From assembly GCA_964016885.1 (NCBI GenBank), contig OZ024740.1, positions 153,760,001 through 153,824,000 of the forward strand: a stretch of 64,000 nucleotides of DNA. Reading direction: 5' to 3'. The translations under genes were made by a program, and so were the position numbers. Numbering within the stretch: the first letter of the stretch is position 1; each line of letters starts with the position of its first letter. Source of the DNA: Eledone cirrhosa. Lineage: Eukaryota. The notes under the pieces were generated by a model, which saw only the letters and a list, made by a program, of their open reading frames with translations, did no database searches and had not been told where the DNA came from. Positions 50,003 to 61,173 of this stretch are shown piece by piece.

Positions 50003-51728
50003 CACCGAGGAACATGTGTTTTGTTCCCCGGTTCTAACTGTTATTTCCATTATTATAAAGAAAAACTATTATTTAATTAGAAGTTTGGGTTTACGGTCAG
50101 GAGTTTGATATTTCGAAATTTTCATATTTTTCAAGAAAAAACACATTTTTTTAAAATTTATCAGTTCATATAATTAAATCAACAGAGTATATATTTATTT
50201 TATTACACAAGCGTATCAAAAGCAAACAAGTAAAACCAAATAACACCTATAAAGCAACTTATACACGTCAGAAATGACTGGATTTGCTGGATTTGCAGTT
50301 GTAGTCCAGGTCACATTCCCGCACTAGCCCCCAGATATAGTTTCCCATAATTTTTTCATTGTAGTGGCCTTGGTACCTCCGCTCTATCTCTTTCACATCT
50401 TGGTGGAATCATTCGCCTTGTTCTTCTGAGTAGGCGCCCATATTGTCCTTGAATTTTTCCAGGTGAGCGTCCAGCATATGGAGTTTAAGCGACATCCTGC
50501 ATCTCATGGCGCCAAAAGCCTTTATCAGATCCTGCACCAGTTGCTGGTAGTTTTCAGCTCTGTAGTTGCCCAGGAAGCCCTTAACAACTGCCTTGAAACA
50601 GTTCCATGCTGTTCTCTCAATCCTATTGAGCTTATTGGAGAACTTTGTAGACTCAAACACCTTCTTTATCTGAGGTCCAACCAAAATTCCACCTTTGATT
50701 TTGGCCTCAGACAACTTGGGGAAGAACTCAAGAAGGTACTTAAAAGCGGTTGATTCTTGGTTGAGAGCCTTCACAAACTGCTTCATCAACCCAAACTTAA
50801 TGTGCAGTGGCGGCATGAGCACAATCCTGGGATCAACCAGTGGCTCCCACATGACGTTCCGGGTCCCAACTACAAATTCTGTTCGCTGCTCCCAGTTCTT
50901 TCTTTTGTAGTGGTCAGAGGTGGCTCTGCTGTCCCAAAGGCAGAGGAAGCATTGCAATTTGATAAAGCCTCCTTGGAGTCCAAGCAGGAAAGTGACCATC
51001 TTGAAGTCTCCAATGATTTCCCAATTGTACTGGTTGTATTGCAGAGCTTCCAAGAGGACTTTCACACTGTAGTAATCTTCCTTCAGGCAGACTGAATGAG
51101 CTAGGGGCAGTGTCGGGAACTTGTTTCCATTGTGGAGGAGGACAGCCTTCAAACTTGTGGTGGAGCTGTCTATAAATAGCCGCCACTCCTTGGGTACAAA
51201 CGGCAACCCAATAACGTCAAACTGTCCAGACACGTCATGGCAGAAGTAGAGGCCATCCCTAAGAGTGTAAAAGCCTGAGAAAGGTTCGTGTCGACTTCTC
51301 TGACTTGTCACCTGCACTTCCGCCTTGACCAAGTTCCACTGCTTCATCCTGGAGACGAATGCTTAAAACATAACTTACCCTTTATTCAGGGTGCGATAAT
51401 TCAGTATCAATAAATCTCTTTAATCCAATTTTTAACAATTTTATACTTTATTGCACTTTTATAATTTTCTTTAGGTATTATTCTTTATTTTATAATTTTA
51501 ATTTAACCTGAAACATATATAAAAAAAATCATTTAACATAAGCAAATTAAACTTACATACAACGTAAAATCCAGCATACAAATAATTCTAGTGAATAGCT
51601 TAGAATTTTTACAAACCCAAACTTTTAACTGTTTAATAGCACTTTTAAAAAATTTATTTGGGACCTAAGCAACACAAAAAAGTGATTACAAGCCAGGAAC
51701 AGAGAAAAAAAAATTTTGTTACACGGGG
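50003..51728 (-). mobile_element. DNA transposon remnant, probably Chapaev/Chapaev3-like
   Basis: Imperfect TIRs CACCGAGGAACA and TGTTACACGGGG; TTAT on both flanks; transposase-like ORF inside; superfamily recalled from motifs, not searched. Confidence 0.65.
50268..51347 (-). pseudogene. Transposase pseudogene (C-terminal portion)
   Basis: Motifs WRLFIDSS..SLKAVLLHNGN, CFLCLWDSR, PPLHIKFGLMKQFVKAL, MSLKLHMLDAH, SEEQGE*FHQD; the frame continues past an internal TGA to the stop at 50268. Confidence 0.8.
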
Positions 51729-52413
51729 TTATTTATAATTTTATAACCCTAATGTTTTAAATTGCGGATCAAAATCAGTTAGAACTAGTAATGAATGCAA
51801 TCATTTGTTAAAAATAATGTAAACATTTTTTGTGACTATGTGCTATCCCTCTTGTTGACTAGGTGAGATATCATATCTAGAACGTTAGAATGAAAGTATA
51901 CTAAAGAAAATTTTCGGATTTGTGTCTACCTCAACTAGTCAACATGTAGGGATAGCACATTCGCTCAAAAAATTAAACATTAATTATAGCGAATGATTGC
52001 GTTCATTACTAGTTCTAACTGATTTTGGTCTAAAAGATTAGGGTTATAAAATTGTAAATATTAATTCTGTAACAGAAGGATGGTTTAAAACAAGAAACAG
52101 TTGTTTTCATATTGAAATAACAAAACTGTAATATCAACGATAGTTTCGATAACCACTGGCAATAAATAAATATATAAATAATGACACTACCATATACAAT
52201 TTCGTAAAAAATGAATAGTGTGAGTATTAGGGATCTACCTTCTGGTGGATTTGTGTCCCGTCATGATGGGGACGTTGTACTTTCATTTGGTAGTAAATAT
52301 TGGATAAACTACGACCTGATAAATTTGCATATAATAAATCTGTCACTGAAGATTGATTCAATACAACAAACATTCTCTTTCCTTATATAAATGTGATGAA
52401 ACTATTTCTGTAA

Positions 52414-52497
52414 TGTCAGAAGTGGGAATCGAACCCACACCGGGAAGACCCGACAGTGACCTGAACGCAGCGCATTAGACCGCTCTGCCATCTTGAC
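52414..52497 (-). pseudogene. Degenerate inverted tRNA-Leu(CAG)
   Basis: 84 nt collinear; anticodon-stem and D-arm mismatches. Confidence 0.8.
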
Positions 52498-52617
52498 TTA
52501 GGTGATATAAGATTTCCGTGTTAACAAGAATTAGAAGGGGCACATTATATTGTTAACTATTTATCGTTGGTGGTGCTTTCTCTCTCTCTCTTTCTCCCCC
52601 CTCTATTTCTATCTACC

Positions 52618-52667
<50 letters not shown>

Positions 52668-52773
52668 ACATACACATGCTTTCTTTATCATTCTCATCCT
52701 AAACAACTAGAAACGTTGTTACTGCCAATATAATTTTTTACTAAATTATATACGACCGCATTATTATTATTAA

Positions 52774-52882
52774 CTCAAATCCCGCCAAGGTTAACTTTGC
52801 CTTTCATCCTTACGGGGTCGATAAAATAAAGTACCAGTAATACACTGGGATAATTGCTGGCCTTGTGCCAAAAGTAGAAACA
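52774..52882 (+). mobile_element. 5'-truncated SINE in an (ATT)n tract
   Basis: CTCAAATCCCGCC...GTAGAAACA flanked by ATT repeats. Confidence 0.82.
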
Positions 52883-53285
52883 ATTATTATTATTAACTTG
52901 TTTTCAGTGGGGTATTTAAGAAGCAAAACTATCATTGATATCACCATGAAAAATCATACTTAATAATAATCCGGGTGATTTTATTCCTTCTCAAAGAATA
53001 TATCATAGCTAGAATTCTGGCATCCGTTAAAGCCCTGCATGTTAAAAAATTAGAGAGACCTCTTTCACAGTGGTGGCCCCGTTGTATCGTGAGGAAAACA
53101 GTGAGATTAATAGAACGCGAGTGAGTGTGTGAGAGAAAGTGAAAGAGTGTGTGTGAGAGAGAAAGCGAGAGAGAGAGAGTGTGTGAGAGAAAAAGTGAGT
53201 GTGATCACCACCAATTATAAAACAAGGAACAATTTAATATGCCTCGTCTAATTATAGTTCAAAAATTTAAGTTTGTATATAGTAC

Positions 53286-53307
53286 GTCATGATGGCCGAG
53301 CGGTCTA
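53286..53307 (+). pseudogene. 5' stub of tRNA-Leu
   Basis: GTCATGATGGCCGAGCGGTCTA after the standard leader, then a deletion into the trailer. Confidence 0.7.
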
Positions 53308-53380
53308 CAGTTTTATAGTCCTACTGTTTTAGATTACAAACCAAAATCAGTTATGAACGCAATCATTTGTTAAAAATAAT

Positions 53381-53544
53381 TGTTTCTAATTTTGGCACAA
53401 CGCCAGTAATTATATCAGTGCATTACTGGTACTTTATTTTATTGACCCCGTAAGGATGAACGGCAAAGTTAACCCCGGCGGGCTTTAATCTCAGACCGTA
53501 AAGGGACGTAACTATGCTGGAAAGCATGGTGTCCGACCCTTTAC
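53381..53544 (-). mobile_element. SINE, diverged
   Basis: Reverse complement of the family body. Confidence 0.8.
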
Positions 53545-54108
53545 GTTAACTAGGTGAGGTAGAAGCAATACCTAAATTTGTCTTGAATTACATTCCACCG
53601 TTATACAAAGATACGTGGAAGATCTTGTATCCTAATTGCTGTAAACTGGGACCGTACTGGACTATATATATATAGAACAACACCTTCTTTTACCCCTTCT
53701 GTCGGTCACACTCTCTCTCAACTGGCCTCTTCCTCACACTTCCACTCACTCACTCTCTGCTTCACCCCCTCTCTCATTTCCCCCCGTTTGACCTGTGTGA
53801 AATCCTTTTCTCGCTCACATCTCACCCATGTCAGATGGTCTGTATATCTCTCGTCCATAAATTCACCAAGCTTAAGCTTAATAGATATCATGTACTTGTT
53901 TCTTTCTATCTTTCCGTTGCATTACCATCTTTCTTTGTTTACATGTCTCGCTCGCTTGTCCCAATAGCTTTATTTAGCTATTGCTCGCATCAACTAGAGG
54001 TATATGATTTTTAAAGCGATGAAATACCAATGACGGTTGGAAAATCACTGATGAAGGACTAATTTTATTCATATGTAACCCACGTGCAACCACGCAGCAC
54101 TCCATTCT

Positions 54109-54139
<31 letters not shown>

Positions 54140-54432
54140 CTATAAAGTATGTCCATAGAATCATTTGATAATACATATACACCATTTCCTCTCCCAATTA
54201 GCATAATCAACCACACAAAAACCAATTAAACCAGGCTATAAGATTAAAAGGCACCTATGAAGAAATAGTAGATAAATAAACGACACCAATCTATTCGCAA
54301 TCAACCGCTATAGAATATTTAACCAACTCTTCAATAGCACGTAGAAATCGATTAAATATAACGTCAACCATGCACAATTAGGTATAAAATTAAAGTTAGA
54401 AGAAAAAATGCATATACACATATCAGGATTAC

Positions 54433-54513
54433 GTTTCTACCCCTAGGGTTTCGTTCGCTTTCGGAAATATCCTATCAAGGATAAATTCTCGAGCTTCGAA
54501 CTCATCAGGAAAC
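54433..54513 (-). ncRNA. Type I hammerhead ribozyme motif
   Basis: Minus strand: GTTTC-CTGATGA-GTTCG-[hairpin insert]-CGAAC-GAAA-CCC-TAG-GGG-TA/GAAAC; all core nucleotides and three stems present. Confidence 0.8.
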
Positions 54514-54893
54514 AAACTCACTTAGACAAAGATTTTTCTTAAATGATCCACGCCAGAAACGAATTCAAAATGGCTAAGAACTGTGACGTGGCCGTGGTCA
54601 AGTCAAAAAGAATATGATTGGTGCCTCACGGCGAGTGGGCTATTTGCTAGAAAGCGCAGCCCTATATTGCTCAAATTGCATCTCAACCTTATGGGAGATA
54701 GATTATCAAATATAAAGATTTACATATACACAAACTAGACAAGGTCACAGATATATATGTTTTGGCAACCATTCACGCTGTGGCTCAATGATGATGATAT
54801 ATATATATATATACAAATAAAGATTCAGCGAGAATCGCATTTCGGCGGGCAAGGAAAGCGAAGTGAAACGCAAAAATCAGAAATGATATAATG

Positions 54894-54977
<84 letters not shown>

Positions 54978-54979
<2 letters not shown>

Positions 54980-55169
54980 GGAAAAGAGTCAGAACCCCAA
55001 CGGCTGAGCTCCGGCCGTTTCAACAGCAATATCTAAGCTAGTTGTCGAAACGGCCGGAGCGCAGCCGTCGGGCTCTTGACTCTTTTCCTATTACCCAATC
55101 TACTACCCTAAGTATCGAGTACTCTGGTGCGTTATGGTCCACCTGGTTCCTTACCACACTTCCTTCGTT
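54978..55169. mobile_element. Fold-back hairpin element with an about 80-bp tail, inside (TA)n
   Basis: TAGGAAAAGAGTC...GACTCTTTTCCTA hairpin of 113 nt; second copy at 60901-61091. Confidence 0.7.
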
Positions 55170-55532
55170 ATATAAATATATATATATATATATATAAATT
55201 TCATAATCTCTCTCTTTCTTTCTCTTTCTTTCTTTCTATTATTCTCACTGTCCCCGCTGACCCCAAGAGACACCCACTATGCAAGAAGCCTCGACACATG
55301 CTGGAAAGAAAAAACAAGTAAATCTCCTTCAACTTTCGCCCTATTTTCTTAAAAATATGGAATATAATGGATGGTGGAATTCTAGCTACAATATATTTTT
55401 TGAGATGTGATAAAATATCCCCTGGGTTATTAAATAAGTATGAATTATCGTAGTGATATCAACGATAGTCCCGCTCCTTAAATAAACCAATGAAAATAAA
55501 TAAAAACATAAACAAACAAATGAATAAATAAT

Positions 55533-55695
55533 TGTTTCTACTTTTGGCACAAGGCCAGCAATTATCCCAGTACATTACTGGTACTTTATTTTATCGACCC
55601 CGTAAGGATGAAAGGCAAAGTAAACCTCGGCGGGATTTGAACTCAGATCGTAAAGGGACGTAACTATGCTGCCAATCTACCGATACTGCCAATCC
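55533..55695 (-). mobile_element. SINE with a 17-bp TSD
   Basis: ACAAATGAATAAATAAT at 55516-55532 and 55696-55712. Confidence 0.88.
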
Positions 55696-56066
55696 ACAAA
55701 TGAATAAATAATGACACCATCTTATAGAATTTCGTAAAAAAAGAATATTGATAAAAAGCAGCGATCTATCTTCTGATGGATTTCTGTCCCGTCAACATGG
55801 GAACGTTGTACACTGATTTGGTAGTGAATATTGAATAAACTACGACCTGATAAATTTGTAAATTAGTAATTCTGTCACTGAAGATTGATTGGTTTAATAC
55901 ATCATACTTTCGATATCTTTTTTTAATGTGACATTATTGGTTCTATCTGATTTCGGTCAGTAATCTAAAACATTAGGATTACAAATTGTAAATCATAAAT
56001 CTGTAACAGAAGGGTGGTTTAAAACAACAAACAGTTGATTTCATATTGAAATAAAAGAAACTGTAA

Positions 56067-56150
56067 TGTTAGAAGTGGGATTCGAACCCACGCCGGGAAC
56101 ACCCAACTGCGACCTGAACACAGCGCCTTAGACCACTCGGTCATCCTGAC
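56067..56150 (-). pseudogene. Diverged inverted tRNA-Leu(CAG)
   Basis: 84 nt collinear; A box TGAC; several transitions. Confidence 0.72.
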
Positions 56151-56236
56151 ATATTAGTGGCCAGAAGAACGTTTTAAATATAATTAGAAGAGGCATATTA
56201 TTAACTATTTATCAATCATATGGTTGTGCTCTCTCT

Positions 56237-56300
<64 letters not shown>

Positions 56301-56720
56301 TATATATATATATCCATTTCTCTCTGTATATATTTCTACATCTCCTTTTCTCACTCTCTCTTTTTTTTTTTTTTAAACTCTCTTTATCTTTACGTATCTT
56401 TGTATATCGAAAGTTAACTTTGTGCAATAGGTCATTTCTAAGACAATGGAATGTAATTCAAGATAAATTTAGGTGTTGCATCTACCTCACCTAGTAACGG
56501 GAAGGGATAGTACATTGGCTGAAAACGATAATACAATATCTTTAACAACTGAATGCATTCATAACTGCTTCTAACTGATTTAGGTTTACAATCTAAAACT
56601 GTTTGACTACTAAATTATAAATAATGAATCTGTAAGATAAGGGTGGTTTAAACGATAACTTTGTATTCGTATTGAAATAACAAAAGTGTAGTGTCAGAAG
56701 CGAGCATATGTCTCTCTCTC

Positions 56721-56801
<81 letters not shown>

Positions 56802-56803
<2 letters not shown>

Positions 56804-56847
56804 GATGATTTCTAAAGAATGAAACAGTTCTAGTCCTGTAGAATCTC
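56802..56847 (+). ncRNA. Hammerhead ribozyme core remnant
   Basis: CTGATGA-TTTC-TAAA-GAAT-GAAA-CAG-(8 nt)-CTG-TA; the 5' strand of stem I is replaced by (TA)n. Confidence 0.5.
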
Positions 56848-56849
56848 AT

Positions 56850-56898
<49 letters not shown>

Positions 56899-57099
56899 TT
56901 GTAATAAACAACACAAGATAATTATTTCATTTACCAGTGATTACTTGAGAGCAACCAAAATTGCTTTCATTCATCAGAATGAAAAAATCCTGGTGTCTTT
57001 ATTGACAGTGGATTTGAAAAACAAAAATATAACAGATATGAAAGTGAGGCTTGAGGAAAAAAAAGGGGGGGGGGGGGGGGGTAATAATAAATAAGAATA

Positions 57100-57267
57100 T
57101 ATAACACAGACGTACACACACACACGCACACAGTCTGACATATACACACATATATACATATATATATATACACATATACACGCATATATACACATATATA
57201 TATACACAGAGACACATATACACACACATACATATACATATATATATATCCATACATAAATACACCA

Positions 57268-57310
<43 letters not shown>

Positions 57311-57460
57311 TATACACATGCACACACATACATATATATATATATACATATATATACATACACATATATTCATACATACACACACACATACATACACCCA
57401 TATATACACACATGCATACGTACTCACATATAAAAGGATACATATGCACACACACAAATA
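57100..57460. repeat. Compound (CA)n/(TA)n microsatellite
   Basis: Direct reading. Confidence 0.95.
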
Positions 57461-57584
57461 AGAATAAATATTCATAACAAGCCGTCACATACAAATAAGC
57501 AAATAAAAAATAAGGATTAGGAAAATAAAAAAATAAAAAATATTATTAAGTTGACAGCGATACAAGACTGCAAAATTTAAAATA

Positions 57585-58610
57585 AAAATAAAAATAATAA
57601 TAATAATGATTTCATTTATTGGCCACAAGGGCCGACATATAGGGGACAATACAAAAGACTGGGACAGTGGGGTTTTACAGAAAAATCGAGTAAACAATAT
57701 GAATCACAATAACAAAGTAACAATAAAATTAGAAGAAAAAATTCCCCAATAGGGGGGTTGACCACCCAGGGTTCGCTCAGGTACCCCACCAATCCTGAAC
57801 GACCCAACGCTTCGAGAGCACCCTAGAAGTGCACCCCCTCTCCTCCTCAAATTTACCTACGTACAGCCGCATGACCAGAGTAGGCCCACTCACACGGGCC
57901 ATTCTCGCCACATTCACCCACCTTTCAGCAAATGTACTGGGGTGTAGCACTTCTCTCTCTACCCTCACCTTCCTTTCCAAGTGAAACTTGAACAAGTTGA
58001 TGAGGGATTGGCCGAAGAGAAAAGTGTCTGTCTTCAGTCCTTTCAACCTCGTCCACCATACAACCTCTTTCGCTACTGCCACCAGACAGAGGAAAATTGC
58101 CTGCCCTTCCTGGCCAAAAGAAGGCGGCGGGTCGATCTTCACTATGGACTCGGCCGATAGCCAGATCCGTTCTACACGTGACAACAGCTGTTCAACATAA
58201 CTCCACAAGTCAGTAATGCACGGACACAGGACGAGTGCGTGCAGAACGGTTTTGTCGCTCTGCGCGCATCTCAGGGAGGTCCGTCTGTCAGCACTTCCGT
58301 ACCTGTAGAGTTTATCTCGAACCGGCAGTGCCCCCCGGTAGCACTGCCAAGCGAGGGATTTTTGGAAATTATCCATCGTTCCCGGCTCGAAAATCCTCCG
58401 GTACAGACTGGCTAGTTCGACTTCGTTGACTCCCAGAGCCTCTCCGAGTGCGTCGTCGCACTTTGCCATCACTAATCCTCTATAGAACTCAAGAGTGGAA
58501 GTTCCACTGACCGCATTGCCCGCCTGGAAGAGGGCAGTGAGTGCCTGGCAACATTCCAGATGCCAGTCACCCAGTCTCGGTCTCTTCTTGACCCAGGACT
58601 GCAGATCAGT
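57585..58610 (-). mobile_element. 5'-truncated LINE (L1/Tx1-like), ORF2 C-terminus plus 3' UTR
   Basis: ORF 57777-58613 with zf-RVT-like LAWQCYRGALPVRDKL...RC...TVLHALVLCP; AATAAA followed by an (ATT)n tail. Confidence 0.75.
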
Positions 58611-59765
58611 CAAAGGGCCGTTGCTGTTCTTTTATCAGAGTGTTTAAAAGAAGCGACATGTGCATAAAACCTGGTTTTGAACCTGTCTTGAGTCATACCA
58701 ACATATCGTTCACTCCTGGCTGGCTGGTTGTTAATCAAAGGTGTTATTTTTGCCTCATATACAACGGATTTGGTGTTACATTTGCCCTGTAATGGGCATT
58801 CATCCGGCTTTCTGCAACTGCATCCTGGATTTATACGATTAGAGTTGGTGATTTTAGACTTCATAGATGGGCAGCAAGAGTAACTAATTTTAACTACATT
58901 TCTATTAAATATCTTATAATATCTATGATTAGGGGGAAAATGCTTATCTAGGAGGTCAAGGAATTTCCTTCCTACATTAGTTTTGGCAGTTAGCGAGAAG
59001 GGGGGGGGGTGTGTAAACCAAATAATTGTCCTTTTCTTATTATTGTGATTAGTTTTAGGGGAGGGGTAGGTAAATATGTAATCTGTTCTGTAAAGCCGCT
59101 GTTATTGAGGGCTTTATTATAATAAGGGGCAGCTTTATGTATAGAGAAGAAGATAAAGTAGAAATCCTACGGCTAATATTGGGAATAAGATTTTTAAAAA
59201 CTATAGGGGGATGGCAAGACTCTTTGTCTATATATCTTAGATTCTTGTTAGATTTATGATAAGGTTTAAAAGAGGCAGTAAGTAGATCAAGATTAATGTC
59301 AAGAAAGTTAGCATTGGTAAGGTTCGTATCTATAGTAATTTTAAGGTTAAGATTAGCAAAAGTATTGATTAAATCTTTACGGAATTTATCAAGGTTATGG
59401 CCGTTGGTGGTATGAGAAACTGCCAATCCGTCGTCACGGTATAAACTGATAATATGGGAAGGAAATTTCTCTTTAAGGGTGTGGAGAAGGAATACTCCTA
59501 CTAAGTCACACACATTCGCACTATCATATGAACCCATTGCAACATCGAAAGAGTTTTCAGGGCTTGACTTTTTAACCCAAATACTTTCATTAGTAAAGAG
59601 TAGAGTTTTCCTAGCATTAAAAATAATGTCTTCTTCTAATTTAGAAATATTAATGAAAGGTCTTGCAAAATCTAAGGCTTTATTTAATAAGAAAACAGTA
59701 ATAGAGGGGTAAAAATCAACAATATCGAATTGGGTAAATCTACACTTATTTTTACCTTGTACATT
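58610..59765 (-). mobile_element. Penelope-like retroelement fragment (RT plus GIY-YIG endonuclease), frameshifted
   Basis: MGSYDSANVCDLVG, YRDDGL, FLDINLDL, YIDKESCHPP; GCSCR..CPLQGKC..VVYEA..YVGMT..FKTRFYAH. Confidence 0.88.
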
Positions 59766-59852
59766 ATTAAAGATTTAATAAAGTAAAGATTTAATCAATA
59801 CTTTAATCAATACTTTATTAGTAAAGATTTAATCAATACTTTTGCTAATCTT

Positions 59853-60420
59853 AAGACAGGTTCAAAACCAGGTTTTATGCACATGTCGCTTCTTTTAAAC
59901 AGTCTGATAAAAGAACAGCAACAGCCCTCGCTAATAAGGTGTGGGAATTCAAAGATAATAACATCCCGTACTCTATCGATTGGTCTATTTTAGACCATAC
60001 GAGGGAATACCAAAGGGGCAGAAAGAATTGTTCTTTGTGTACCACTGAACAATTTAGAATTCTACAGAATTTGAAAGCCACTTCAACTTGCCTTAACTCC
60101 AAGACAGAGATCTTCAGATGTTGGCCTCACCTGAAATCACATCTGCTCTGTAACTGGATTGACATTCCTACGATGACTCAACCACCTTGAACTTCTTTGC
60201 TACGATGACTTAACCACCTTTAACTTCTTCTTTTCTCTTTACGCCTTACATCTACTACGACCTTTATTACTCTCAGAACTTACTTTCTGTACCCTTATTT
60301 TCTCTTTCTCCCTTATCTCCTCTTATTTTTTAACTTTTTCTTATGTTATTTATTTTCCTTATTCCCACCTACTCACTACCTTACCCTTTACATACCCACC
60401 CCATTTTGATTTTTAGATAT
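59853..60420 (+). mobile_element. Inverted terminal segment (pseudo-LTR) of the Penelope-like element, encoding the GIY-YIG C-terminus
   Basis: 59853-59927 is the inverted copy of about 58614-58689; it continues WEFKD..IDWSIL..CSLC..CLNSKTE. Confidence 0.8.
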
Positions 60421-60429
60421 TAATTTTAC

Positions 60430-60636
60430 GTGTATATATGTTGTCGTGTATATGTGTATATAAGTGTATGTATATATCTATCTATATGTGTATATGTATG
60501 TATACATTTTTATATATATGTGTATGTGTATGTGTATATATATGTGTGTGTGTGTGTTTATATGTGTGTATGTGTGTATTTTTATTTTTGTGGTGTTGTA
60601 ACCCTTTGTACTTATGTGTGTGTGTATATAGACATA

Positions 60637-60720
<84 letters not shown>
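60430..60720. repeat. (TG)n/(TA)n microsatellite
   Basis: Direct reading. Confidence 0.95.
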
Positions 60721-60724
<4 letters not shown>

Positions 60725-60819
60725 AACAAGTACTTGTTCCTATTACCCACTCTAATACCCTAAGTATTGAGTACTTTGGTGCGTTATGGTCCACCTGGTT
60801 CCTTACCACATTTCCTTCG

Positions 60820-60820
<1 letters not shown>
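60721..60820. mobile_element. Short fold-back variant: 22-bp perfect palindrome plus the same tail
   Basis: TAGGAACAAGTACTTGTTCCTA followed by TTACCCACTCTAATACCCTAAG...CCTTCGT. Confidence 0.65.
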
Positions 60821-60900
<80 letters not shown>

Positions 60901-60904
<4 letters not shown>

Positions 60905-61089
60905 AAAAGAGTCAGAACCCTGACGGCTGAGCTCCGACCGTTTCAACAGCAAGGTCTAAACTAGTTGTCGAAACGGCCGGATCTCAGCCGTCGGATTCTG
61001 TCTCTTTTCCTATTATCCATTCTACTACCCTAAGTATCGAGTACTCTGGTGCGTTATGGTCCACCTGGTTCCTTACCACACCTCCTTCG

Positions 61090-61091
<2 letters not shown>
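60901..61091. mobile_element. Fold-back hairpin element with tail, inside (TA)n
   Basis: Homologue of 54978-55169. Confidence 0.7.

Positions 61092-61172
<81 letters not shown>

Positions 61173-61173
<1 letters not shown>

Larger units (their letters stand above)
1..56700. repeat. Hierarchical tandem array of tRNA-Leu(CAG) genes and pseudogenes (about 4 kb unit, about 7.5 kb higher-order repeat)
   Basis: Identical spacer ORFs recur at 763/4804/8862/12052 and at about 7.5 kb offsets (22586/30098, 26983/34499); about 68 tRNA-like copies share flanks. Confidence 0.95.

Noticed and set aside
50463-51186. Alternative-frame ORFs over the transposase, LINE and Helitron sequences
   Set aside because: Antisense or off-frame shadows of transposon coding DNA
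54049-54075. CTGATGAAGG as a further hammerhead core
   Set aside because: No closing stem II plus GAAA found downstream
56965-56984. Hairpin TTTCATTC-ATCA-GAATGAAA containing CTGATGA on the minus strand
   Set aside because: No room for stem II between CTGATGA and GAAA; probably a chance AT-rich hairpin
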